Of a DNA stretch of 64,000 bases, positions 9,251 to 17,715 are shown piece by piece; the stretch's first letter is position 1; each line of letters starts with the position of its first letter. Origin of the DNA: a virus. Both the position numbers and the translations under genes were made by a program. The notes under the pieces are model-generated. The model did not search any database. It worked only from the letters and a program-made list of their open reading frames with translations, and was not told the origin of the DNA. The stretch lies in the IMG/VR virus record IMGVR_UViG_3300043470_000815; one strand, 5' to 3'.

Positions 9251-10145
9251 AGATTGCTTTTTTAATGTTTGCAAGTTCCTGCCAACGTGAAACCATTTGC
9301 ACGGATTCGTTTAGCGATTTTTTAACGGTTGGTGCTGCTTTTGATGCAAAACCTTCCTTAATGTTAGTTTTCTTGCGATTTTTGTTAATTGTTTGACAAA
9401 CAGTTGTGTAAACTAATTTTGTTTCACGAATTGATGTTGCACGATCCAAACTTTCCAATATGCTTGTAAGTTGTGGTTTTGTTAAATCAAATTGGCGTGT
9501 AATTTTAGTGTTATACAACAATTTTGCATTTAATAAATTTACTTCATTAATAGTTTTTTTCAATTTTGTGACAACCATTAACGCTTCATTCTTTTGCTTT
9601 TTTAGATTGGCATTTTCCGAACGTAACCTACGAACTTCACTGTTAACAGAACGGGTTGGAACTGATTCATCGTATGCACCACCATCGGTAGATTCTACCA
9701 TTTCTTCGTCTTCACCTTCCATTTCACGCATAATCATTTCGTAAATTTCATCATCGGTTGGTTCTTCACTTTCCTCTTCGTATTCGTCACCTTCCATTGC
9801 CATTTCATCATCTTCAAAATCCATGTCGTCACCTTCCATAGCCATTTCGTCGTCTTCTTCGCCATCCAATTCACGCATTAATTGTTCCATTTCCATTTCA
9901 TCATCAGATGGTTCTTCGACTTCCATTTCTTCCGCACCACCCAATTCGTCTTCAAATGATCCAAAACCTGTATCGGTTGGTTCTTCGGCTTCCATTTCGT
10001 CATCTTCTTCTTCGGATAAACGGGCAGAAATCATCCTTTGCAGGGATGGTTGAAATGACTCTGCAATAGCGGCTTTGGCATTAGCATATGCCGTTGATCG
10101 GACGGCTTTTGCGTCGGCCAATGCTTCTTTAAGTAATTTACTCAT
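9249..10145 (-). CDS. Prohead scaffold/core protein (gp22-like)
   Basis: Directly upstream of the capsid gene; very acidic centre, coiled-coil C-terminus (EVNLLNAKLLY), ends RWQELANI. SD AGGAG at 10156-10160. Confidence 0.85.
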   Translation of the reverse strand: MSKLLKEALADAKAVRSTAYANAKAAIAESFQPSLQRMISARLSEEEDDEMEAEEPTDTGFGSFEDELGGAEEMEVEEPSDDEMEMEQLMRELDGEEDDEMAMEGDDMDFEDDEMAMEGDEYEEESEEPTDDEIYEMIMREMEGEDEEMVESTDGGAYDESVPTRSVNSEVRRLRSENANLKKQKNEALMVVTKLKKTINEVNLLNAKLLYNTKITRQFDLTKPQLTSILESLDRATSIRETKLVYTTVCQTINKNRKKTNIKEGFASKAAPTVKKSLNESVQMVSRWQELANIKKAI

Positions 10146-10210
10146 TGTAGAAATACTCCTAATTTCTAATTTGTTTTAAGTTTATTATGAAACTTAATAT
10201 TATATTTTTT

Positions 10211-10275
10211 AATTGTATGTTGATTGCCTATTAAAAAGCAATATATTTTATTATAAATATGTTTTATTTTTGAAA
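10211..10275. repeat. 65 bp direct repeat, copy 1
   Basis: 64/65 identical to 10518-10582; contains the TATTTATA motif and an ATTGC/GCAAT mini-stem. Confidence 0.95.
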
Positions 10276-10283
10276 ACGTTTAA

Positions 10284-10493
10284 TTATACAAATTTAACAT
10301 TAGGATAATTTGATAAAATATTTATAATTACATTGTAATTGACACCCTTTGATTCAGCGTTAGTTATCAACGAATCTAGTTTTCTGTAAAAGTCTTTTGC
10401 TTTTGGGTCAGATATAGAAGTGTCTTCACGTAAAATCTGCTCATAAATTTTTCTTACACGATTTTCTAATAATTGATTTGTTTTTTTTTGCAT
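10284..10493 (-). CDS. Small putative head cargo protein (LLENRVRKIYEQILRE leader)
   Basis: 69 aa, lies between the two 65 bp repeats. Confidence 0.6.
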   Translation of the reverse strand: MQKKTNQLLENRVRKIYEQILREDTSISDPKAKDFYRKLDSLITNAESKGVNYNVIINILSNYPNVKFV

Positions 10494-10517
10494 GTTGTTC
10501 CTTAATTATTTGATATG

Positions 10518-10582
10518 AATTGTATATTGATTGCCTATTAAAAAGCAATATATTTTATTATAAATATGTTTTATTTTTGAAA
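10518..10582. repeat. 65 bp direct repeat, copy 2
   Basis: See 10211-10275. Confidence 0.95.
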
Positions 10583-10588
10583 CCGTTT

Positions 10589-10894
10589 TTAAAATTGTTT
10601 ATCCCTAAAATAATCTTCCACATTGCTATGATTTAGTGGAAAGGGTATTCTTAATCGTATGCCTACCGGAAGTCGTAATGTAGGACTACTAATTTTATTT
10701 GCACGTGCAATTATAACCCAATATCGTACATCACCATATTCAGCAGCGGAAATTAAATCTAATCTATCACTGATTTTTGTAATAATATATTTATCACTAT
10801 TTCGCGGTGCGATATTTGGATAATATAAAGTAGAATAGCGACGCTTTCCATCTTTATCTTTTATTATTTCAGCAAATTCTTCGTAGCGTTGCAT
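10589..10894 (-). CDS. LysM/tail-X-like baseplate protein
   Basis: DRLDLISAAEYGDVRYWVIIARANKI...LPVGIRLRIP is the LysM/gpX pattern. Confidence 0.75.
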   Translation of the reverse strand: MQRYEEFAEIIKDKDGKRRYSTLYYPNIAPRNSDKYIITKISDRLDLISAAEYGDVRYWVIIARANKISSPTLRLPVGIRLRIPFPLNHSNVEDYFRDKQF

Positions 10895-11008
10895 CTAATT
10901 TGAAATTATTTGACTTGGGTTGGGTGTTAACAGTTTTTTATTGGATGATAATTTTAATCCACCCAACCTATGTTCCCAAAATAAAATTAATTGATTTTTG
11001 GTTATAAT

Positions 11009-11473
11009 CTAACCTTTAACCGTTTGTATAATTATTTGTTTTATTTTTTCATCCAATTCACGCATTGCTGCTATAATTTTAAAACTCATTTGTTGGGTGA
11101 CAGTTTCTAAATATTCATCAATATCACCTTCCATCCTAGTTCCTAAATTATCATTATTTTTGAATCCAATCTCATACGCTTTTAAAATCTTTTGCATTTT
11201 TGGATTAGCAGAAATTTTATTAATTTTGGGTTCACCGCCACCATAAATAGAAATAGATACAGATATTTTACCATCCAAGGCTGGTTCTAATTTAACACCA
11301 TCGGCAAATCCACCATTAAAATACTTTCCTTCATATTTTAAAGTTTCGTCTTTTTTAGGTTCGGTAGATTGTTGCGGCTGTTGACTTTGGTCGTCGGTAG
11401 CAGACTTAGATGATTGGCCGTTTGGGGGTTGATCTTCACCTTCCAATTCTTGTAGTATATGTCTTAACTTCAT
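11009..11473 (-). CDS. Putative head cargo protein (MKLRHILQE leader)
   Basis: Shared leader, Gln-rich linker, unknown C-terminal domain. Confidence 0.55.
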   Translation of the reverse strand: MKLRHILQELEGEDQPPNGQSSKSATDDQSQQPQQSTEPKKDETLKYEGKYFNGGFADGVKLEPALDGKISVSISIYGGGEPKINKISANPKMQKILKAYEIGFKNNDNLGTRMEGDIDEYLETVTQQMSFKIIAAMRELDEKIKQIIIQTVKG

Positions 11474-11478
11474 ATAAA

Positions 11479-11796
11479 TTAAAACGAATTTTTTATTTTT
11501 TGATATTGTACATCATCAAATTTGGATTTTGCTATATTTAGCAATTTATTATATATAGAATTACGATATGCTTGTAATTCAGGTGTTAATGATCGTTCCA
11601 ACATGTGTATTTCTTCCACATACTCCATAATCTTAATGTATTTTGGTTGGTTAACCATTTTTGCTAATACCGCAATTGCACCAGTATGGTCGTTTTGTTG
11701 TGTTAATTTATTAATACTTGGTACAACATCTGCTTCCGTTAAAATCTGTTTATAAATTTTACGAATTTTATTTTCTAAAATTTGTTGTTTAGTCAT
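11479..11796 (-). CDS. Putative head cargo protein (ILENKIRKIYKQILTE leader)
   Basis: Shared leader motif; rest unknown. Confidence 0.55.
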   Translation of the reverse strand: MTKQQILENKIRKIYKQILTEADVVPSINKLTQQNDHTGAIAVLAKMVNQPKYIKIMEYVEEIHMLERSLTPELQAYRNSIYNKLLNIAKSKFDDVQYQKIKNSF

Positions 11797-12022
11797 TATT
11801 TAATTCCTTTCGGGTTTGATTATAAGTAGCACGTTCGTTTTGGATTCGTATCCGATCCGATTTTTTTTGGTATGCACGGTTGTCAGATAACTGTTCAACT
11901 ATTTTATTATCCTTTAGTATTTTTTTCCATTGACGAAGTGCAAATGTTAAATCGCCATTGACGGCAACTGAATACGGCGAACCTTGAATTAAGGCATTAT
12001 ATTGTTTTGATTTGATGTTCAT
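11789..12022 (-). CDS. rpsU: Ribosomal protein bS21 homologue
   Basis: 77 aa, basic. VAVNGDLTFALRQWKK...RAYQKKSDRIR...RATYNQ fits the bS21 pattern (V-V-x-x-G-x-x-x-ALRxxKx...YxKxS). Location among head genes matches the described bS21 phages of Bacteroidota. Confidence 0.78.
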   Translation of the reverse strand: MNIKSKQYNALIQGSPYSVAVNGDLTFALRQWKKILKDNKIVEQLSDNRAYQKKSDRIRIQNERATYNQTRKELNND

Positions 12023-12068
12023 TTTGATTTAAAATAAATTAATGGGGTAGGTGGGTTTTAAAGTATGA

Positions 12069-12425
12069 TTAATTGACATCATAATATCGACTTAATCCCG
12101 CACCAATATCTTCATAACACGATTCAAGTCTTTGTTGTAATTGTGTAAGTTCTTTTGATGTTTGTTCAAATACTTTATAAGATTCTTTAAGACGTTTTAT
12201 ATCTCTATTTGTCGTTATATTATCGAACCACCCATCCGTTTCTTTAATTGTAAATCCCTCGGCAGCACTTATTAAATTACCAATTTGTTGTGTAATTTCA
12301 CGTAAATTATTTGATCTATATATATCATTTTTATACGCTGTAAATTGCTTGACAGATTCTAAGAATGCGTTGCGTTCTTCTTTAGAATACGCAATTTCAT
12401 TTTCTAATAGGTATCTTTTTTTCAT
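12069..12425 (-). CDS. Conserved head-region protein, function unknown
   Basis: 118 aa helical ORF between the protease and bS21. Confidence 0.55.
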   Translation of the reverse strand: MKKRYLLENEIAYSKEERNAFLESVKQFTAYKNDIYRSNNLREITQQIGNLISAAEGFTIKETDGWFDNITTNRDIKRLKESYKVFEQTSKELTQLQQRLESCYEDIGAGLSRYYDVN

Positions 12426-12454
12426 ATAAATTTTTTTTAATAAAATATATTATT

Positions 12455-13111
12455 TTATTTCTTATTGTGCATTATGCAACACACATTCGTCATTGAGCAT
12501 AGTATTTCTTGAAGTAATAAATCTATTGTTTCGGGGGTTTCGGTATGAATAAGTTTTCTATCATAATTTTCTGTTATTGCCATTTCAGCATAATGGGTGG
12601 ATGGATTTGAGACTACATCACAGGCCGAAATTAGTTCAAAATCGTCTTGAACTTCAACTAATTCCTGTTCACCACTTTCTTTCAATGGTTGTACGCTTCC
12701 CATCCCCCGCGAACTTTGACCAATACGATAACCAGCCAATAATATTTCACGGACAATGTTACCTGATGGTGTTTTTAATATTTCAATATCTGCATATACT
12801 TCATCATTTTTCCATTTAATATCCATTATTGCTTGAGCGATATTTTTAACGGAAACTAAATTCGCTTCATCCCCGCTGGGGTGATCGCATTCCCCGTATG
12901 CCATTTTAGCCTTAACCATTGACATGTGTTCGTTAATACTACGTTCTAAAACACGTTTAGGATAAACCCTACCATTCTTGTTTGGTGCGTCCGCACGTTG
13001 AATAAGTACATTTTTTAAAATAAGCCTACCATCATTATTTTGAATAGATTCTAATAAGGTAGGTTTTTCAATTGCTATTAACGATGTTCGTTCTATTAAT
13101 AATTTTTTCAT
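12455..13111 (-). CDS. g21: Prohead core protease (gp21 family)
   Basis: QRADAPNKNGRVYP, GECDHP (His), GQSSRGMGS (Ser), DVVSNPS. Start taken as ATG 13111 (MKKLLIE); the track uses 13132. Confidence 0.93.
   Translation of the reverse strand: MKKLLIERTSLIAIEKPTLLESIQNNDGRLILKNVLIQRADAPNKNGRVYPKRVLERSINEHMSMVKAKMAYGECDHPSGDEANLVSVKNIAQAIMDIKWKNDEVYADIEILKTPSGNIVREILLAGYRIGQSSRGMGSVQPLKESGEQELVEVQDDFELISACDVVSNPSTHYAEMAITENYDRKLIHTETPETIDLLLQEILCSMTNVCCIMHNKK
13087..13111. repeat. 25 bp exact direct repeat, copy 1 (protease start)
   Basis: ttcgttctattaataattttttcat is identical to 13757-13781 and encodes MKKLLIER on the minus strand. Confidence 0.95.
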
Positions 13112-13755
13112 CTTTTCCACGAATTTAACCATTCACCTTTAGGCAATTTTTTATATTGTTTCATAACTATACGCTTACTACCCGACAATTTAGCAAGTTG
13201 GTCTTGATTTACTTTATATAAATGTGTACCACTTGTAAAACTATATAATGGATTCGGTAATTCACCTAACGCCCGTTCTGCGTAATCTCTAGCACGATGT
13301 GAACCAAATGATACAAACACTTCACCGGGCGACAATTCGGTTGCGGATTCTTCTTTAATCACACGTCGAATCATTTCGGATAATGATTCTTTTTGAGTAT
13401 TGGTCGAATTTTTATATAAAATAATATTACTATAATTATTTTTATCCGATGCTTTAATCAAATCACTAAAATCACTTATTAATTCCTGCCTATTTTCCGC
13501 TTTGGATATATCGTCTTTCCCATCAGTAATTTTATTATATGTTAAATTTTCAAAATCTAATACAAATTTAGTATTAACTAATTTATCAAATATTGTTCCT
13601 TTTAATGTTGGTTTGTCATCTGTTACATTAAATGGTTTACATATTAATTCTACCTTCCCAACAGATTGACTGGTTAACATTTTTATAATGGTTAAAAAAT
13701 CACCATTTTTGGTAATAGTTTTAAGGGTGGTTGGGGATATTATAGTTTTGGTCAT
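13108..13755 (-). CDS. Putative head cargo polyprotein (internal ESLSEMIRRVIKEES)
   Basis: Two unknown domains separated by the shared motif; flanked by the 25 bp repeats. Confidence 0.55.
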   Translation of the reverse strand: MTKTIISPTTLKTITKNGDFLTIIKMLTSQSVGKVELICKPFNVTDDKPTLKGTIFDKLVNTKFVLDFENLTYNKITDGKDDISKAENRQELISDFSDLIKASDKNNYSNIILYKNSTNTQKESLSEMIRRVIKEESATELSPGEVFVSFGSHRARDYAERALGELPNPLYSFTSGTHLYKVNQDQLAKLSGSKRIVMKQYKKLPKGEWLNSWKR

Positions 13756-13756
13756 T

Positions 13757-13781
13757 TTCGTTCTATTAATAATTTTTTCAT
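13757..13781. repeat. 25 bp exact direct repeat, copy 2 (mini-ORF MKKLLIERK*)
   Basis: The TGA of this mini-ORF overlaps the ATG of 13108..13755. Confidence 0.95.
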
Positions 13782-13784
13782 TAA

Positions 13785-14561
13785 TTATCCAGTTATTTCT
13801 ATTATTGCATCAGCGATTTCATCCATTTTTCGGATATATATTCTAAATTTATCGTTTTTAGTCAATTTTTGTATTATTTCCAAATTATTCATTGCTGTAT
13901 AAAAATTTTTATAAAACGTATCAACTTCTTCTTGTGTGATTTTATCATAAGATTCTTCTTTTAATACACGTCTAATCATTTCAGATAATGATTCTTGTGT
14001 ATTTTTAGGATTTGCTTTCCAAACACTTGAACCATCCCCATCCAAATTATATTTTTTTAAAAAATCACCAACCATCCTTTTATCTGTAAAGGCATCAAGG
14101 AAATCACCTAACTGAATCCGTTTACTACCAATGCCTTGCAACAATGTAAGTGGATCAATTTTATTATCATCTAAAAATTTTTGAACGTATTCTTTACGTG
14201 TTCCTGTTCGTTGTGCAATTTCTTGAGCATAGTCAACTTGGATTGGTTGTTTTTTAGATTTACCGTATGCTTCGGATTTAGGTTGGGCGGTTGGTTGGAC
14301 TTTATATTTCTTTTTACGGTTGTTATTTAAATTGTATATATAATTTATACCTTTTTCATTTTCAACATATAATAAAGTTCCACCCATCTTTTTGGAAGAT
14401 AAATCATCTTTAATATATTCTAAAATATCGCCCGGTTGCATTTTGGCAGCATATTCGTCGAATTTGTTTTGCAATTGGGTTTTATCAAATTTATTCAATT
14501 TAAATACATCCGTCCCAAATGGTTTATCGTTTGCGGTGTAATTGATAATATAATTTACCAT
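13785..14561 (-). CDS. Putative head cargo polyprotein (internal ESLSEMIRRVLKEES)
   Basis: The motif is near-identical, also at DNA level (13951-14002 vs 13346-13401), to that in the adjacent gene. Confidence 0.55.
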   Translation of the reverse strand: MVNYIINYTANDKPFGTDVFKLNKFDKTQLQNKFDEYAAKMQPGDILEYIKDDLSSKKMGGTLLYVENEKGINYIYNLNNNRKKKYKVQPTAQPKSEAYGKSKKQPIQVDYAQEIAQRTGTRKEYVQKFLDDNKIDPLTLLQGIGSKRIQLGDFLDAFTDKRMVGDFLKKYNLDGDGSSVWKANPKNTQESLSEMIRRVLKEESYDKITQEEVDTFYKNFYTAMNNLEIIQKLTKNDKFRIYIRKMDEIADAIIEITG

Positions 14562-14562
14562 A

Positions 14563-15003
14563 CTAAGTATTAAACTCCCTTAATTTAGATGAAACACGCC
14601 CAAGCCGTTGGTCTATTTTCTGAAATTTTCCAAGTGTACCTTTCCAAAAAACGCTTTGATCTGAACCTGATTCTAGTTTTAGTTTTGTTGCATGATTAAT
14701 CATTTGTTCGACTTCACCAAGCATTTTGTTAATTTGTATAATATTATTATTAATCTTTTGACGTTCTGTTAAAGAATCATCCGTTTTATATGTTTTATAT
14801 GAAATTTCATTAATGCTACGTTCAATCATATCTTCAATTAATTCTGAATATGATTCATCATCAGGCTTTCTAATCTTTTTACGAAAAGCATTTGGGGTAG
14901 CATAGAACTCCCCCCCACCAGTGACATTATCTTCTTCAACGGTTGGCATTATTTTTGTAATAGTTTCTATTAAACTTTTCATTTTATTTTTAATACATTC
15001 CAC
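14563..15003 (-). CDS. Conserved head-region protein
   Basis: EDNVTGGGEFYATPNAF motif and coiled-coil C-terminus; likely start MKSLIE (ATG 14982). Confidence 0.55.
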   Translation of the reverse strand: MECIKNKMKSLIETITKIMPTVEEDNVTGGGEFYATPNAFRKKIRKPDDESYSELIEDMIERSINEISYKTYKTDDSLTERQKINNNIIQINKMLGEVEQMINHATKLKLESGSDQSVFWKGTLGKFQKIDQRLGRVSSKLREFNT

Positions 15004-15046
15004 ATTTATTTTAAATTATATGGTTGGGAGGTGGAATTTAAAATTA

Positions 15047-15868
15047 TTATTTAATCTCATTAATCAATTCATAATAAGTCAACATAGCCGACAAATGATC
15101 TTCTTTAATTTTATCACTTATAACTATATTGTTTAATAAATTTATAACTTCGTTTAATTTAATTTGTTGGATTGGATTTGTCAATTTACTTTTTTTGATA
15201 TTTAATTTCTTTTCAATGAATTTACATTCCGTAATAACATAATCCTTGAATTTTGTATCCGTTTCATCTTCATTGATGTATTTTGACAGTAATTGTTGCT
15301 GTTTAGTATTCAGGGTTCGATATTTTTCATTAAACTTTTCGACAATAATTTTGAAACTTAATTTGCGAATATCGGGTTCTTCTTGTGCAATGATTTGTTC
15401 AATTTCATCTATTTCTTTAACCGATTTACCAGTTAAGTTTTCGGAAATAATTTGTTTATTTTGCAGATATGAAGTTGGATTTTTAGCAGTCTTATTTTCA
15501 AATAGATTGTAAATACTTGCAAGTACTTTATAATTAGTAATTCTACTATTATAAAATTCTGTTAAATTGTAATGTTTTTTGATAATTTTATTCAAATTAT
15601 ATTTTTCAACATTTAACTTATTTTCATCAATATTAATTCGATTTTTAATAACTAAATTAATTAACTCATCTGCATTAACAGATACGGAACTTTGATTCAA
15701 TTGTTGGTACAATCGCAATTCAGACAACAACTGTGAATTAACATTAAAGTGTTTTTTAACAATCTTCAATGCCGTTTGTGGGTTGGTTGGATTAAGCGTT
15801 TCGTGCATAATCTTCTTACACAGAATTTCAAATATTATTCCAGTATTCTTTAATTTATTGTGCTTCAT
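15047..15868 (-). CDS. Conserved head-region protein following the portal
   Basis: MKHNKLKNTGIIFEIL N-terminus, helical; function unknown. Confidence 0.55.
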   Translation of the reverse strand: MKHNKLKNTGIIFEILCKKIMHETLNPTNPQTALKIVKKHFNVNSQLLSELRLYQQLNQSSVSVNADELINLVIKNRINIDENKLNVEKYNLNKIIKKHYNLTEFYNSRITNYKVLASIYNLFENKTAKNPTSYLQNKQIISENLTGKSVKEIDEIEQIIAQEEPDIRKLSFKIIVEKFNEKYRTLNTKQQQLLSKYINEDETDTKFKDYVITECKFIEKKLNIKKSKLTNPIQQIKLNEVINLLNNIVISDKIKEDHLSAMLTYYELINEIK

Positions 15869-15876
15869 ATATATAA

Positions 15877-17691
15877 TTATAATTCTTGGTCTAAAATTTG
15901 ACTTTCATTTAACATATTTAGTTCCAAATCAGTTGTTACTTCTTCATTTAATGATTGTTTCGTGTTTTTAGTCATTTGTTTTGTTATCGAATTTACAATA
16001 TTTTCCTTAACACCTTTATCTAATTCACGTCTCCCCAACGGGTCACGACCAAACGCTTTATCTTTGACAGTTTCAAAAGATTTATACTTGTATGGTTGTC
16101 CTTCATTGTTTTCACGTTCATCGGGACTGTATAATTTTTCTAAACTTTCACTATCAGTTGCATTGAATTTAGAAGCAACCTGCATAGATGCAATATCGTG
16201 TGGTGTACCAAATGTTTTTCCTGTTACTTTAGGATCATTACCTTCTTCCGTAATTTGTGTATAACGGAATTTTTCTTTTAAGAAATTAGGCAGCCTTAAT
16301 TTTTCCTGTTTCCATTCACTTTCAGAAAGACCTAAAATATTTTCATATATATAAATATCCGACAATAAATTAGATTCTAATATATTTGCAATTAAGTTGA
16401 ACTTTTCATTTAATAGGTCAATTTTTTGACGTTCGTAAATTATGGATGGACTTGTTAATGATAATTCAAATCCAAGCAAATCTTCGTCTTTATGACCTTG
16501 TGAATGTAAATGTACAATAGCAATTTTATACAGTTCGGACACAAAGATTTTTTGATACCTTTCAATCATTTTGGCAAATCTAATGTCTTCCGCCGAAAGT
16601 GCCGTTTTTGCAGAACTTTCATCATATCCCAAATATGCTTTAGGAATTTTTAACGCAGCCATCATTTTAGATTTAAAGTATTCAACGTCGTCAATTTGTC
16701 CGTCGTTACCAAGTCCCGGCAATGTTTCGATACTTGTTCCCGATTTTCCACCCCGCACAGGTAAATAATAATCTTCTTGTGAATTTAATAAATTATATTT
16801 TAAATTTATTTCACCTGTTGACGGATCAATGTATGGAATTTTTTTCATTTCGGAAATGATTTGTTCCATGTGGCTTTCAATCTCGTTTGGTGGAATATTA
16901 CCAACATCAATTTTAATAATACGACGTTCGGGAGCTCTCATAATCCGATGCAATAACATAGCATCTTCCATCAATTTCATTGACTTGTAATCTTTTCTTG
17001 CACCTTCCAAGGATGACCGACCATACGGTAAAAAATTGGTATCTGTAATTAATCTAAAATGTGCTATTTCATATTGATTAAATGTACTTTGATTACTATA
17101 ATTTTGTCCATCCCCCTCATATCGAAATTTAACTTCGTTTGGGTCTTCACGTGTTCCTTCCTCCCTAACCATTAAACTAGGGTGGATTGGTAATACATTT
17201 ATTACACCGAACTTTTCACGAATTTCTAAGTATAAAAAGAAATCACCATATTTTGCCATTTGTCGAAACCAATGCCACATATTAAATTCTATGTTCATTA
17301 TATCGTAAAACAAATTATGTAATATTTTCTTTATTTCATTATCTTCACTATGTATTACTAACAATTCACCCGTCGCACTTACACTCGTGGATTCGTCAGC
17401 AATTATATCAAGTGCCGATGTTACAATACCGTCACTGTCCATCAATTCATAATCCAAATAAAGCATTTTTCGTAATGCTTCAATTTCATGGTTTACAAAC
17501 GATGAACCCCACCCACTGAACGACGCTGGAGAACGTCCATTCCGCCAACGTGCCTTTGCATTTTGGGGATCGGGACTTCCAGTACTTTGCGTTTTATTTA
17601 CGTCGAATGTCTTTAATCGTTTACCGGGTCGTTTGGTAACAACTACATTTCGTGTAAAAAGTCGTGAAAGTGTTTGTTGAAAGGTTGTCAT
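15877..17691 (-). CDS. g20: Portal protein (T4 gp20 family)
   Basis: LMEDAMLLHRIMRAPERRIIKIDVGNIPP, EDYYLPVRGG, IETLPG, IDDVEYF, ALKIPK, EDIRFAK. Confidence 0.97.
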   Translation of the reverse strand: MTTFQQTLSRLFTRNVVVTKRPGKRLKTFDVNKTQSTGSPDPQNAKARWRNGRSPASFSGWGSSFVNHEIEALRKMLYLDYELMDSDGIVTSALDIIADESTSVSATGELLVIHSEDNEIKKILHNLFYDIMNIEFNMWHWFRQMAKYGDFFLYLEIREKFGVINVLPIHPSLMVREEGTREDPNEVKFRYEGDGQNYSNQSTFNQYEIAHFRLITDTNFLPYGRSSLEGARKDYKSMKLMEDAMLLHRIMRAPERRIIKIDVGNIPPNEIESHMEQIISEMKKIPYIDPSTGEINLKYNLLNSQEDYYLPVRGGKSGTSIETLPGLGNDGQIDDVEYFKSKMMAALKIPKAYLGYDESSAKTALSAEDIRFAKMIERYQKIFVSELYKIAIVHLHSQGHKDEDLLGFELSLTSPSIIYERQKIDLLNEKFNLIANILESNLLSDIYIYENILGLSESEWKQEKLRLPNFLKEKFRYTQITEEGNDPKVTGKTFGTPHDIASMQVASKFNATDSESLEKLYSPDERENNEGQPYKYKSFETVKDKAFGRDPLGRRELDKGVKENIVNSITKQMTKNTKQSLNEEVTTDLELNMLNESQILDQEL

Positions 17692-17715
17692 TTAATTATT
17701 AAATATTTTAAAAAA

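Noticed and set aside
9760-10020. EGD(D/E)EMAM-like repeats in the scaffold as a separate repeat element
   Set aside because: Ordinary low-complexity acidic coding sequence of a scaffold protein.
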